Positions 51,140 to 62,939 of a stretch of DNA of 64,000 nt are shown piece by piece. Each line of letters starts with the position of its first letter. Positions within the stretch are counted from its first letter, which is position 1. Origin of the DNA: Lama glama (lineage: Eukaryota). The stretch covers positions 103,480,001 to 103,544,000 of the forward strand of contig CM052817.1 in NCBI GenBank assembly GCA_028534125.1, given 5' to 3'. The notes under the pieces are model-generated. The model was not told the origin of the DNA. It worked only from the letters and a program-made list of their open reading frames with translations, and did no database searches. The position numbers and the translations under genes are program-made.

Positions 51140-51950
51140 GAGAGGCCTCAGGGAGCCCGGGTCCAGGTGGGACACACTGTATAGGGCGGGGGCAGACCCA
51201 CCCAGTCACCCACCCTGAGGCAACGGATCCGGCAGGAGACTGTTCTTCACTTTCTGAAACAAAACCACCCCTCCCCTGCTGCGTCCTGCGACCCCAGGCC
51301 ACCAGAAGCGGTTAGACGGGAGGTGGCGGTGACGCTTTTCACAACTACCCCAACCTTACTTTGACCCTCAGCTTGCTCACAGGACTCGAAGCAATAACAA
51401 CGTGAAAAGGCCCCACCGGGAACTAGGTGATCGGCAGAAGTCAACTCTGGCCAGACCACATCCACCCCATTCCCCAAGCTCAGGCGCTCGTCTTGGTGCT
51501 CCCGCCCCGTCACTGAGCATGCGCAGGCCCATCCCCGCCCACTTCTGGGGGAACCGCCAATCACCGCGCGCCCGGTGCGCGCCGTTTCCTGAGACCGGCC
51601 CCTCGGTGGCGCGAAGCCTGCGTCCTGGGCCCACGCCTGGAGGCGCCTCATGGTCGCTGGCCTGAGAGGGTCGAGCCACGCGCTCCAGGTGAGCCGGGAG
51701 GGCGAGAGGAAGGGCCGAGGGGGCTTCGCTGAGCGGGGCTTCGCTGGGCGTCTCCCGGCGACGCACCGCGGGGTCTCCTCCGACTGTGGGGGGCGTGGCG
51801 GACGGCACCCAGTGACGGAGACGACCTGGACCGCGGTTTGGGAGGTGGCAGGCCTCAGAGGCATTACTGTGGGAAATTAGGGGAGACTCTCCACCCCGGC
51901 GGTTGAGCCATCCGGTACTCCGCACTGTTGTGTCCAGGAGGTTGTCTTTT
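51140..51950. promoter_or_regulatory. CpG-island promoter (TRIM60; possibly bidirectional)
   Basis: CpG-dense island in an AT-rich background. TCCCGCC (E2F-type) 51500-51506, TGAGCATGCGCA (11/12 match to the NRF1 palindrome) 51514-51525, GC box 51533-51542, CCAAT 51557-51561. Plus-strand donor CAG|GTGAGC at 51689. Confidence 0.8.
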
Positions 51951-51975
51951 CAGCAGGTGAGAGGGTGGACGCTCC

Positions 51976-52040
51976 GGTATGTTAAACATCATCTAAAGTC
52001 ACAGGTATTTATTGTGACTTTAGATGATGCTTCACATACC
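51976..52040. repeat. Inverted repeat, 28-bp arms with 9-nt loop
   Basis: ggtatgttaaacatcatctaaagtcaca / ggtatttat / tgtgactttagatgatgcttcacatacc. 26 of 28 positions pair; the inner 17 bp are perfect. Confidence 0.95.
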
Positions 52041-52819
52041 TGATATTTATGGAGCTCACACTCGCCAACACTTTTCAGCAGCTCCAAGAATAGAATGAGT
52101 AATCAGTTTTGAGGAGAAATAAGGAAGCATTCAGACCCTGAACCGTACATTCTAGTGTCATTAACCAAAGGTTGAGAAAAATGAATGGGAAATCCCAACT
52201 GTGACTTGTGGTATGAGAGATGCGTGGGCCCGGGAAATGAGGGCAGGGGCCGGATGGCCGTGTACTCCGGATCTTGCTGTTCTTACAGTAAGGAGAAGGG
52301 CTTGCAGTGCTTGAAATGGGAAGTCGGAAGGTTATATTTGAGTTTAGAATGCTGTATTGTTGAGGGACTGATGACATGGAGTAGGAGACGGTAGTCAGAA
52401 TAGTCGCCTATGTTTGTTGCTTGGACCGGGAAAGTGTTCCCCAACGCTGTTCTTTTCATTCCACGGCCTGAGTCTAGAAAGTGGGTTAGGGGAGATAAGT
52501 ATGGGGGAAGGGAGGACCCATTTGAAATCTGTACGGAAACACTAATTTAAATGAAATAACTCTTTTTAAAGCAATATAACTCTTCTGATTCCAAAATTTT
52601 CAGTCCTGCTTTGAAATGTGCTACCTGTATTATAGTCTTGGGCAATATTCTTAAAACTTTCTCTGTATATTTTACTCAGTCAAAGTGCCTTTGTAAAATC
52701 TGGAATTTTAAACAAGGATTAGGAACCCATGTGACGTGACAGTGTTATTTATAAAAATTAGGTTGGAAGGTCAGAAAGTTAGAAGACACATTTTCATTAC
52801 TTAATACATTCCTTTTTAT

Positions 52820-53290
52820 AGTGGAGGGAAGGAAAAATATCTTCCCCTCTGCTAGGTTGTTGCCTGGGACACCTCTACCCTGTCCCATAATAAAAAAGGG
52901 TAACAGAAGAAAAAAGAAAACAGTTTTAATTACCTATGGACATAATGAACCTGCAGGAGCTCCACAAAGGAATGAGACTCAAAAGGCATCCAGGCAATTG
53001 AGGCTTATATACCATACTGAGCTAAGTAGAGGGTGAGGGGTCTGGGGTTTCAAATAGGAGGAAGACAGTTCATTGGAAGAGGAAATAGTTGGTAAACATA
53101 ATTTGCTCTGCCATGTAAATAAGTCAGGTGGAAAAGTGATCTTTATAATAGATCTCTTCCACGTACAGACTCCGTTTTAAATGTAAATTTTCTTTACAGA
53201 AGGCTAACTTCTCTTTTCTGAGTGCTGCTGTGTCTGCAATTTCTCAAAATCGTCCTTATGCCAATGAGCATACTTTGCAGTGGCATCTTC
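52820..53290 (-). mobile_element. ERV1-class LTR
   Basis: Similar to 6479-7020. Confidence 0.55.
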
Positions 53291-53589
53291 TTCTGCTATT
53301 CAATTACAGTATATTAAAAAAGAATTTTAAAGGAATGATACCTTACAGCTTCTTCATAACTGGAATGTATGCACACTTTATTTGCCAAACTACTGCTATG
53401 AGCAGTTAACACCTTTTATCCTCACTAAAGAGCAAGCAGTACCAACATACGTAGTAGCTTTTAGACTGAAATAGTGCTATAGTGTATACTTTAATACAAT
53501 ATTACATACTATAATAAAAATCTAGGCAGTTGTGCTTGATTTCTAAGAACTTTTTTGACTTTGAAATTTTATAAGCTCAAATAATACTT

Positions 53590-54510
53590 GTGCCTAGGGG
53601 TCCCCAAGACTGCACCTAGGTTCAGCCATTACTAGGAGGACTTATGGGGCTCAGCATGGAGTGTACTCAGAACTATGATTGATTATAGTGAATGGATACA
53701 TGCAAAATCAGCAAAGGGAAAAGATGCATGAGGTGAAGTCTGGAGGAAACCAAGGCTAACTTCCAGGAATCCTCTCCCAGTAGAGTCACACAAGACCCAC
53801 TTAATACCTCCAGCAGCAAGTTGTGGCAAAATGCACAAAATGTCTGCCAGGGAAGCCCTTTAGAGGCTTGGTGCCCAAGAATTTGGGGGGGAACAGGTTA
53901 TATAGTCAGCCTCTGCCTGGCATGTATCAAATTTCCAGATTCTCAGAAGAAATTCTGGTGGTTAGCATAAGCCACATCATTGAAATCTATGCTTGAGTGC
54001 AGTAAAGCATTATCAGGGAATGGTGGGAATCCTTACAAAATCCAAGTTCGCAGACAGCCAAGGGCCAGCCTTTCAAGCAGGCTTTTTTTTTTTTTTTTTT
54101 GGTACAATACCACTTATTCAGCATCTGTTCTGGGTTAGGTACGGCATGCTGTTCCCACAGCACCATGGTGTATTCATCAACCCAGAAGTTCTCAGAACCC
54201 CAACATTTAGGGTTTTTTTTTCTTAATGGAGGTTTCATTATGTAGACATGGTTTATTAAATCTTTGGCCATTGGTGATTACATCAATCTCCAATCCCTCT
54301 CCCCAGGAAGTCACAGGTTAGAAGTGTAAGTCTCAACTCTAATCATACCTTGATCTTTCTGGCGACTTGCCTCCATTCTGAAGCTGTTTAGGAGTCCTTG
54401 GCCATCACTTAGCTTGCAAAACACACTCTTGTCACTAGGGAGATTTCAGGGTGTTCAGAGCCCTGTGTTAGGAACCTGATATGAAGACCAAATTCATATT
54501 TATTAGGTAC
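53590..54510 (-). mobile_element. MER21-group LTR
   Basis: ggggtccccaagac...atggaggtttcattatgtagacatgg...ggccattggtgatt. Confidence 0.65.
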
Positions 54511-56009
54511 AGAAGTAACAAGAAGTATAGGATGCTTAATGGTTTAAAATCATGGCAGTAGTTACATCAATTAATTATGACTTTGGATAAGCCTATTCAG
54601 ATTCTCATAAATTCCACAGCTGCAATGAGGACTTGTCTCCCAACTGTCAAAATTTGTGGTTTTACTCTACTGGGAAGCTAATAAGTTAGCCTGTTAATGT
54701 TTCATAGTTGGTACCAGGTGACACAAACTCTTGGGTCAGACACAGAGGACTCTTAGTACCAGCAGAGCCAGCAACATAAGCATCATGTTTGCATCAGGTC
54801 CCCATACCTCCCAAGTCCCACAGAGGTGATGGAGGGGCCACGTGGATGCTGTGTACACCGTGGGTTTATAACACAGCCAAGTAACCCTGAGTTTGGGGGA
54901 TCCACTTTTAGAGAAAACCTGTTTTTGGTTCCACAGGGAGACTTTACCTCCTGTTTCAAGGGTGCTTTCTTCACACAACCCTGAGAAATGGCCTGGGTGA
55001 AGGGAAATCAGGGCCCTGCATTCCTGGCATATGTAGAGGATGAATGCAGGGATGCTCAGGGCCTATGTTGAATTGCCTCTCCTACCACTAATTTCACAGA
55101 GTAGTTCTTTTTAATTGAGAATCAGTGACTGTATTTCCACACACTTACCACAGTGCCTGACACACAGCCAGCCTTACCAGAGAAGGTGATTTGAATTCCT
55201 TCCAAAAAGCCTCAACTCAACTCAGGGAAAAAGTGAGGAAAGGGAATAATTTTTGCACAGATGGGAGATTGAGGGTCTAAGAAATACTGAGCCCTGCTAG
55301 ATCAGAGGAAAAGGAGATAGGAGTTGTGGGTCAGTCTGTTTGAAAACCCACCTCTACCAGCCCATTTCTACCATTCACACACCTGACACAAGCCCTGCTT
55401 TCCAAACAAACGTGCGTGGATAATAGTAGCCAAAATAACTGGCAAGTAATTCAGACTTAAGGTATGTATTGGCTGGGTCGGGGGTGAGGTGGGGAGGGTG
55501 TTGATGGTGTGATTTACCTGTAGAATAGGGTTACCTGGGCTACCTGCATGTATATTCAGGAAGGCAGGCCACACTCAGTCCAACTGGCTTGTCTAAGTTC
55601 CTTCAGGACTCTTAAACCTGATGTTCTCTTAAAGTGAGTTGGTTAAAATGAGTGAGGAGAGGATGTTAAATGCACGACAAGTATATATAACCAATTCTAA
55701 GATGCACTTTTTTTTTCACATTTTACTAATTTTAAAATAAGATGTAGTTTAGAATTGGGAGTCAGAATGAGGTGATTTCCTCTTGATCATAAAGACAAAT
55801 CCAACATCAAATGTGAAATCAAGACAATTTTACTATGTTCAAGCCTCATTTTATGTGAAATGTGAGCAACAGGAAAATTTAAAAGAATGGTGCCTGGTAG
55901 CGTGAGGGAGAAGGAAAAGAATAGTGTACTGAGTAGCCCACTATTTGAGAGAATAACTCTGCCCAGAAATTGGGCGTAATAGAATAGATAAATCAACTAG
56001 AAGTTTCTC

Positions 56010-56370
56010 TAACTTTTTTTTTAACGTTTTTTTATTGAGTTATAATCTTAACTTTTTTTTAATTGAAATATAGTCAGTTACAATGTGTTAATTGTAACTG
56101 GTATACAGTATAACCTCCCAATCATGCATATATATTTGTTTTCATGTTCTTTTTCATTAAAGGTTATTACAAAATATTGAATATAGTTCCCTGTGCTATA
56201 CAGAAGAAATTTTTTATCTGTTTATACATATAGTGCTTAACATCTGCAAATCTCAAACTCCCAGATTTATCCCTTCCCACCCCCTTTCCCTGGTAACCAC
56301 AAGACTATTTACTATGTCTGCAAATCTGTTTCTTTTATAGATGAGTTCATTAGTGTCCTCTTTTTTCTTT
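56010..56370 (-). mobile_element. LINE-1 3' end
   Basis: Same 3'UTR as 11495-11800. Confidence 0.85.
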
Positions 56371-57215
56371 TAACTTTTTGGAAATTTTTCAAACCTACAG
56401 CGATGTTAAAAGAATAATGTAGTAAACCCTCTTATTCCCTTGCTTAGAGTGTCCAGTTATTTAAGATTTGGGATGACCAGTATTCTTTCTACATGTGAGT
56501 GCTAGTGTGTGTATGAGTGTAAAATAGACTCTTTTGAACAGTTTATATTACAGATATGTCAGTTTTCCCTTAAATACTTAAACTAATATTTCTGGAGAAT
56601 ATGGATAGTTTCCTTTTTCATTATAAAACTTTATTGTACCCAGTTTATATTGATATACCTTAATTATCTAATACAGGTTCATGTTTAAGTATTCTCAGTT
56701 ATGTTCACAGTGATCTTTATAACTTTCTCTCTGTTCCCAGTTATAGTCAGATATCACACATTACATTTGGTTGTCTCTTTAAACTCTCGTAATCTTGAAC
56801 AGTCTTGCCACTTTTTTATTTTATATAACATTGACTTTTTTAATATTTGTGTTTTTTAGGGTTTATTCATTTATGTATGCATTACTGTTACTCAGTTTTT
56901 AATAAAAAGTCCTTGAGTATTTTCTACATGCTGATGAAAAAGGTAGACTAAGAATGTACTTATTCAATATTCATGGCCAAAAGAGAGAGTAACTAACAAG
57001 CAAATACATGAAGTAGACAATTTCAGATTATGATTGCATTCTATGGAAGAAAATAGAGATAGCAAGAGAGTGTAGGGAGAAGGCAGTCAGATTGGGTGAG
57101 TAGAAACTGTTTCCCTGAGGAGATAGCATTTGAGAGAGAAGACCTGAAGAGAAAGACAGAGGTGTACAAAGGTTCCTGAAGAGAATGCTCCACTCCGTAG
57201 CAATGACCTCAGCAT

Positions 57216-57714
57216 TGATGAAATAAAATTTATATTTTAAGGCAGGACAAGAAAATTTAAGCATAAAATTCTCTCTCTCTGTTTAGGCCACCTCTCTCCT
57301 TCCTCATAGTGCAGTATGTGCAGCATTACACATTAACCAGGGCTCTGCAAAGATGGGAGTGCCTGCTCCGACTTAAAGACCAAATTTTTACCTTTTTTCT
57401 GACCCTAGCAATATAACTTAAAAGAATAGCATTCTTTCCCAACTCTGTAGGAGGTCATAATGACTTGCTACTTCCTTTGTACATGCTTACTTGAACTATG
57501 CATCCTTGGTGAACTTTATGTAAAATGTCAGTATATCATTTTGCTGTATGATCCTTAGTTTTGAAAATGTATATAACTGGGCCTTCAACTTCTAACAGGT
57601 GGAACAGTTCGCAGAGCTTTCTGAGAGTCTGTCTCCTGGGTTATAATCCTCAGTTTGGCTTGAATAAAATTCCCCCTCTTCTTAACTTGATCATGAATTG
57701 ACTTTTCATCTACA
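57216..57714 (+). mobile_element. ERV solo LTR, 499 bp, in putative TRIM60 intron
   Basis: TG...CA ends, TATA (tatataa) and AATAAA, perfect 4-bp TSD GCAT at 57212-57215 and 57715-57718. Confidence 0.85.
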
Positions 57715-58514
57715 GCATATTCAACCACAACAAGATAATTGTCGCTGCAGTGTACCGAGATAGGAAGAATCATAGGACTCCAGCTCAAAGTGGCTAGTAG
57801 GGCTCAGTATTTAATAGGGCTTTGTATACTGTATTGAGAAGATGAGGATTCAGATACTGGAGGAATGTAAGCACTGGAGAGAGAGATTCTAAGTTGTCTA
57901 TTCAGTGGAAAAATGTGATTGCTGAGTGGTGAATGGATGCAAGGGAGTGAGAGTGGAAGCAGGCTGACCAGGTAGACAGTGGTACGAGAGCTGATGGCAG
58001 CTTGGTCTGGGTGGGGCCTCTATACTGTGTCCATGTATCTCACAAGGTAGCAGACTGCCCCCAAAAGGTACAATCAATGAGTAGAAAAAGCAAGGGACAT
58101 AGTAATGGATCATGTGTCCCAGGGAACTGTATAGAATGAACTGCACCACTTCCCTCTGAGTTAAACATTTGGATGAGCCTGCAGGTGATTTTCCTAAAGC
58201 CTTAATATTTTGAAATAATTACAGATTCACAGGAACTTCTCAAGATAGTACAGAGATAGTACACCCTGATACCCACTGTGCATGTTCTCATGTTTCTTAA
58301 CAATAAAATATCAAAACCAGAAATTTGATATTGGTCAAATGAATATGTATCGTTCTGTGACACTTATCACATACAGATGCATATAGCTGCCAGCAAAGTC
58401 AAGTTACAGAACTTTCTATCTCTTTGAAGTCTTTCATACTACCCTCCTGTAGTCACACCCATGTCACTCCCACTTCAGACCAAAAGCATGCCACCCACTT
58501 AAAAAAAAAAAGTT

Positions 58515-58800
58515 TGGAGGTGGGGGTAATTAGGTTTCTTTATGTATTTTTTAATTAATTTTTTATTTTATTTTTTAGTGGAGGTACTGAGGATTGAACC
58601 CAGGACTTAGTGCATGCTAAGCACACTCTATTGTGTGTGCTATACCCTCCCCCCTTTGTAAAAATTTTAAAATTCTTTATTTTGGGGGAGGATGGTAACT
58701 AGGTTTAGTTATTTATTTTTTCAGAAGGAGTACTGGGGATTGAACCCAGGACCTTCTATTTGCTAAGCATGCACTCTACCACTTGAGCTATACCTCCCCA
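58515..58800 (-). mobile_element. Two tandem Vic-1-like SINEs
   Basis: Two copies of gtact(g)gggattgaacccaggac...gctatacc(c)tcccc. Confidence 0.85.
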
Positions 58801-59498
58801 CCCCCCCATCCACTTTTTTTAAAGTAATATTTCAGAGTAACATTCAGAGATCATGACCCCTCATCCATAAGTGTTTCAGGAGGTATTTCCTAAGAGTAGG
58901 ATAATTTCTTAATGTAGCTAAAGTGTAATGATTGAATTCAGGAAGCTTAACTTTGATAATATTGTTATCTAATAAATAGTACATATCCAAAATTTTCCCA
59001 TTGTACCATACTATTGACTTGATGGCAGTTTTTCTGCCTATCTCGAATCAAAGCTTAAGATCATAAATTTCTCCTAGTTGTTTAGTCTGTTTAATGTAGA
59101 ACATTTCCCCTATGTTTTTCAGTCCATTGTTGTTTATGCAGACTTTTAAGACTTGTCTTATTGAATGTTGCAGTGGTTTGGATTTTAGTGATTACTCCCC
59201 TGTGATTAGATTTTTTGGGAGTGGTGGGCTGGCAGAAATGTTCCATAATCGATTTTCTTCCCATTGCAGGCCATCAATTTGTCCCTTCATTGATGAGGAG
59301 GTATTCTCTAGATCTCTATATTGTAAAGGCACTTACTTCGTCTCTCTGTAAAAGAACTGTAATTTCTGGAGTGATATTTTGAGATGTATGAATATATTAT
59401 AACCCAGGAAATTTTACCTTAGGGTTTCGGCAGTCGTTTATTTTTATCTGAATTAGGATATTGCAATTGCAAGCCTGGGAAATTTAGAAATTAAAAAC

Positions 59499-59513
59499 TT
59501 TTTTCTTCTGTAG
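59499..59513 (+). promoter_or_regulatory. Probable splice acceptor of the TRIM60 coding exon
   Basis: ttttttcttctgtag, 285 nt upstream of the ATG. Confidence 0.5.
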
Positions 59514-59798
59514 AAATGACTGCTTGCTTGAACCTGTGGCTACTTTCTTCAAGAAGCAAGTCTTTCATGTTAAATGTAGATCGGCTAATTTGTGATAGAG
59601 CTACAAGCAGTGAACCTACTTGCCCTTCAAGCTGAGGTGCAGGGGGCTAGACAGGACTTCAGTGGCTGCTCGGCAGGCTGGTCCAGTGACACCCAGAGCT
59701 GGTCAATCTGCGATCTCTGAGCGAGGATAGCTCCTCCTCCTCTGGGCTTGAGCTTGAGGCCAGCCTTGCCAAAGGAAGCATTGTTGTGGTAAGACTCC

Positions 59799-61214
59799 AT
59801 GGAGTTTGTGACAGCGCTAGTACAGCTCCAGGAGGAGTCTAGCTGCCCCATCTGCCTGGACTACTTGAAAGACCCAGTAACGATCAACTGTGGGCACAAC
59901 TTCTGTCGCTCATGCATCAGCAGGACTTGGAAGGGCCTGGGTGCTCCCGTCCACTGTCCTGTCTGCCGTGTTTGCTTTCGAGACAGGAACATCAGGAGCA
60001 ACTCCCAGCTCAGCCATTTGACTGAAATTGCTAAGCTGCTGCAGATCAGAAGGAGCAAGAGGAAGAGGCAGGAAGAGAGTTCCATGTGTGAGAAGCACAA
60101 CCAGCTTCTGACTCTTTTTTGTGGGAAGGACCTAGAGGTTTTATGTACACGGTGCAGTTTCTCCATTCAGCACCAGAAACACTACATTTGCCCCATTAAG
60201 AAAGCTGCCTCTCATCACAGGAAAATTCTGGAATGTACCATTAAGCCCTTGAAGGATAATATGGAACAAGTTGAAAAAGTGCTAACTCTGCAAGCCAGCA
60301 AATCAGTTGAACTGAGAAAGCAGGTGAAATACAGGAGAGAAGAAATACATTCTGAATTTGAGCAACTTAGACTATTTCTACAAAATCAGCAAGAGGATAT
60401 TCTTCGGCAGATGGAAGATGAAGAGATGGAGATTTTAGCAAAACTAAATGAAAACTTTGTAACATTTACAGATCATGTTTCCTCATTGAAACATCTGCTG
60501 AGGGAGGTAGAGGGTAAGTGTGTGCAGTCAGACCTGGAAGTACTGAGGCAGGCTAAGAGTATCCACCACAGGTATCAAAACCTAACCCCTCCTGAACGCT
60601 TTTCATTCCAACTAAAGAAATATGGGTTTAGCCTTCCTCCACAGTATTCTGGCTTTGACAGAATTATCAAGCCATTTCAAGTAGATGTGATTCTAGACCT
60701 TGAAACAGCACATCCGCAGCTTATTGTCTCTGAGGATAGAAAAATTGTGCGATATGAGAAGAGAAAACAAAGCCCTTGTTATAACCCAAGGAGATTTTAT
60801 CTCTGCCCTGCTGTCCTGGGTTGTAACAGATTCCATTCTGGTAGGCATTACTGGGAGGTAGAAGTGGGAAACAAGCCTAAATGGACATTGGGGGTGTGTC
60901 AAGACTGGTTTCCTAGGAGCTGGCGGAGTCAGCCGGTGGTTGAGGGGGGATTCTGGGCAATTGGGCGGTGTGCTGAGAGTATTTATGTTGTGTCGGGTCC
61001 TAAGAGAAACCGTCTCCTGCCCATGGTAGGACCCAGTAAGATTGGCATTTTTCTGGACTATGACTTGGGTGAGGTTTCCTTTTACAATCTGAGTGACAGA
61101 TCTCTTCTCTATAGTTTCAGTGATTCATTTACAGAAGCCATTTGCCCCTACTTCTATACTGGAATCGATTCGGAACCTCTTAAAATATCTTCAGTAACAG
61201 ATGATGAAAGTTGA
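59799..61214 (+). CDS. TRIM60: Tripartite motif protein 60 (RING, B-box, coiled coil, PRY-SPRY), 471 aa, single coding exon
   Basis: MEFVTALVQLQEESSCPICLDYLKDPVTINCGHNFCRSC...CPVC (C3HC4 RING), B-box CEKH...C..C...H..H, DVILDLETAHPQL, GRHYWEVEVG and IGIFLDY. Length and sequence match recalled TRIM60 better than TRIM61. Confidence 0.93.
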   Translation: MEFVTALVQLQEESSCPICLDYLKDPVTINCGHNFCRSCISRTWKGLGAPVHCPVCRVCFRDRNIRSNSQLSHLTEIAKLLQIRRSKRKRQEESSMCEKHNQLLTLFCGKDLEVLCTRCSFSIQHQKHYICPIKKAASHHRKILECTIKPLKDNMEQVEKVLTLQASKSVELRKQVKYRREEIHSEFEQLRLFLQNQQEDILRQMEDEEMEILAKLNENFVTFTDHVSSLKHLLREVEGKCVQSDLEVLRQAKSIHHRYQNLTPPERFSFQLKKYGFSLPPQYSGFDRIIKPFQVDVILDLETAHPQLIVSEDRKIVRYEKRKQSPCYNPRRFYLCPAVLGCNRFHSGRHYWEVEVGNKPKWTLGVCQDWFPRSWRSQPVVEGGFWAIGRCAESIYVVSGPKRNRLLPMVGPSKIGIFLDYDLGEVSFYNLSDRSLLYSFSDSFTEAICPYFYTGIDSEPLKISSVTDDES

Positions 61215-61345
61215 AGTACCTGGGAAACAGTACAGCGTCAGTGTTTAGCGGCAACTTAGGGAATTTAGCGTCAGTAATCCTGGGACTGTTTTTAAGGACT
61301 GCTGCTGAAAACCAGAATAGATTTGTAGTCTGCGTTTTCAGTAAC

Positions 61346-61461
61346 AATAAAAACATGGTAGTAATGCCAATTTCATAGGTATTATAGGTATCAGTTTTCA
61401 AGTTCTGTGGATTTCTAAGATGAAGTAGTTGAGAATTATATTACTTGACACATCCAATAAA
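61346..61461 (+). terminator. TRIM60 poly(A) signals
   Basis: AATAAA at 61346-61351 and 61456-61461. Confidence 0.6.
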
Positions 61462-62094
61462 TGATTTGCTGTTGAAATTGCCCGTAAATCGTTTTTTAGT
61501 TACAGTTATTTCTTTACTATGATATAAATTTTGTCAACAGTCCTCCTTACCATACACCTACCTTTCTTTTCAGTGGATTTTTCTGTTTACCTCCATATAT
61601 CTTATATACCTTAATATCATGTTCTGTTCTTTCTTTATTGTATGTGTCTGTTACCAGTTGACACAATTGACTGATACTTATGAATAATGAGGATTTTTGC
61701 CTATTAAAAACCCTTTCCCTATACACATTTATGCAGATCATAGGTAATCTTAAGGTTTTTTTCCCTTGTGAACATGGTTCTGAATCTCATGTTGCAATCT
61801 GGACAAGCTATATGTATATAGTTATCATCCCACCCCACCATGCTGGGACTTGTCCTCCAATCTTGGATTCCTTGTTGGTTTAATCCTGTATCTTCCTGCT
61901 TGTTTCTCTTCATTTTGGAGTGTTGTGATGTCAGTGTTTCCATGTAATTCATTATCGTTGATTTTGAGAAGTGTGATACCAGTCTGATTCTTGATACTTT
62001 GGATACTGATTTTTTTATAGTGTTTAAATATTTTTATTCCTGTGAAAGTTTGAGTTTTGTTTGTTCATTTATCTTGCTGAATTCTGAGATACTC

Positions 62095-62400
62095 CATTTG
62101 TCAGGATTCTCCAGAGAAACAAGCAATAGGACGTATACTGTTAACCAGAGAAGACTCTGGGCTGCAGCTGAAATCCGAAAGTCATCCTTTGGCTGAACTC
62201 CCTCTTGTTCGTTGTAGGTCAGTCTTCTATTCTATTCAGATTGGGTGAGGCTCCCCCACACTTTGGATGGCAGTCTGCTTAAAGTCCACCGTTTTAAATG
62301 TTAACCTCATCCAAATACAGTCTCAGAGAAACATCTAGAATACTATTTGACAACATGTATGGGCACCAAGGCCCAGCAACACTGACATATAAAACTAAGC
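62095..62400 (-). mobile_element. MLT2-like LTR fragment
   Basis: gtcaggattctccagagaaac...gttaacctcatccaaa...ctgacatataaaactaa. Confidence 0.65.
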
Positions 62401-62939
62401 AGATACCTTCAATCCAGAATTGTACTAGCTGAGCAAAACAAATGATTCCTGTCCTGGAGCAGTGTACTTCTAGAATGGAGAAAAAAGACAATCAAATAAT
62501 AAACGACTGCTACAGTTCTTTCAGGCTGAGAAAGTGCTGGAGGAACAGGGAGAAGCTGATCAGTGTCAAGAGCACGAGAGCACTGTGTGTGGGAAAGGGT
62601 CAGCTGTGAAGACTGGCGGTCAGGGCAGGCATCTTAGAGAACAAAGAATGCAAAACTGGATGAGGGAATAGCATTGGTGGAGCACTGCAGAATGAATGGC
62701 TAGAGCAAATGTTATGGGGATGGGATTGGCAAGCCGGGGACAGCAAGGGGGCCAACACATAGAGGAAGTCAGTGAAGTGAAAAAAGTTAACAGTGAGATC
62801 AGAGAGGTGAGTTAGAGGGAGAGCCAACCTTTTTTTTTTTTTTTTGTAGGGTCACAAGGCCATGATAGGCATTGTTGTAGTCTATGAAATGGTCCTTAGA
62901 GACTTTTGAGGAAGAGAGTAACAATATTTAAGAATTTTT

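Noticed and set aside
51096..51925. ORFs of 68-205 aa in the CpG island
   Set aside because: R/P/G/A-rich with no recognisable family, as expected by chance in a CpG island.
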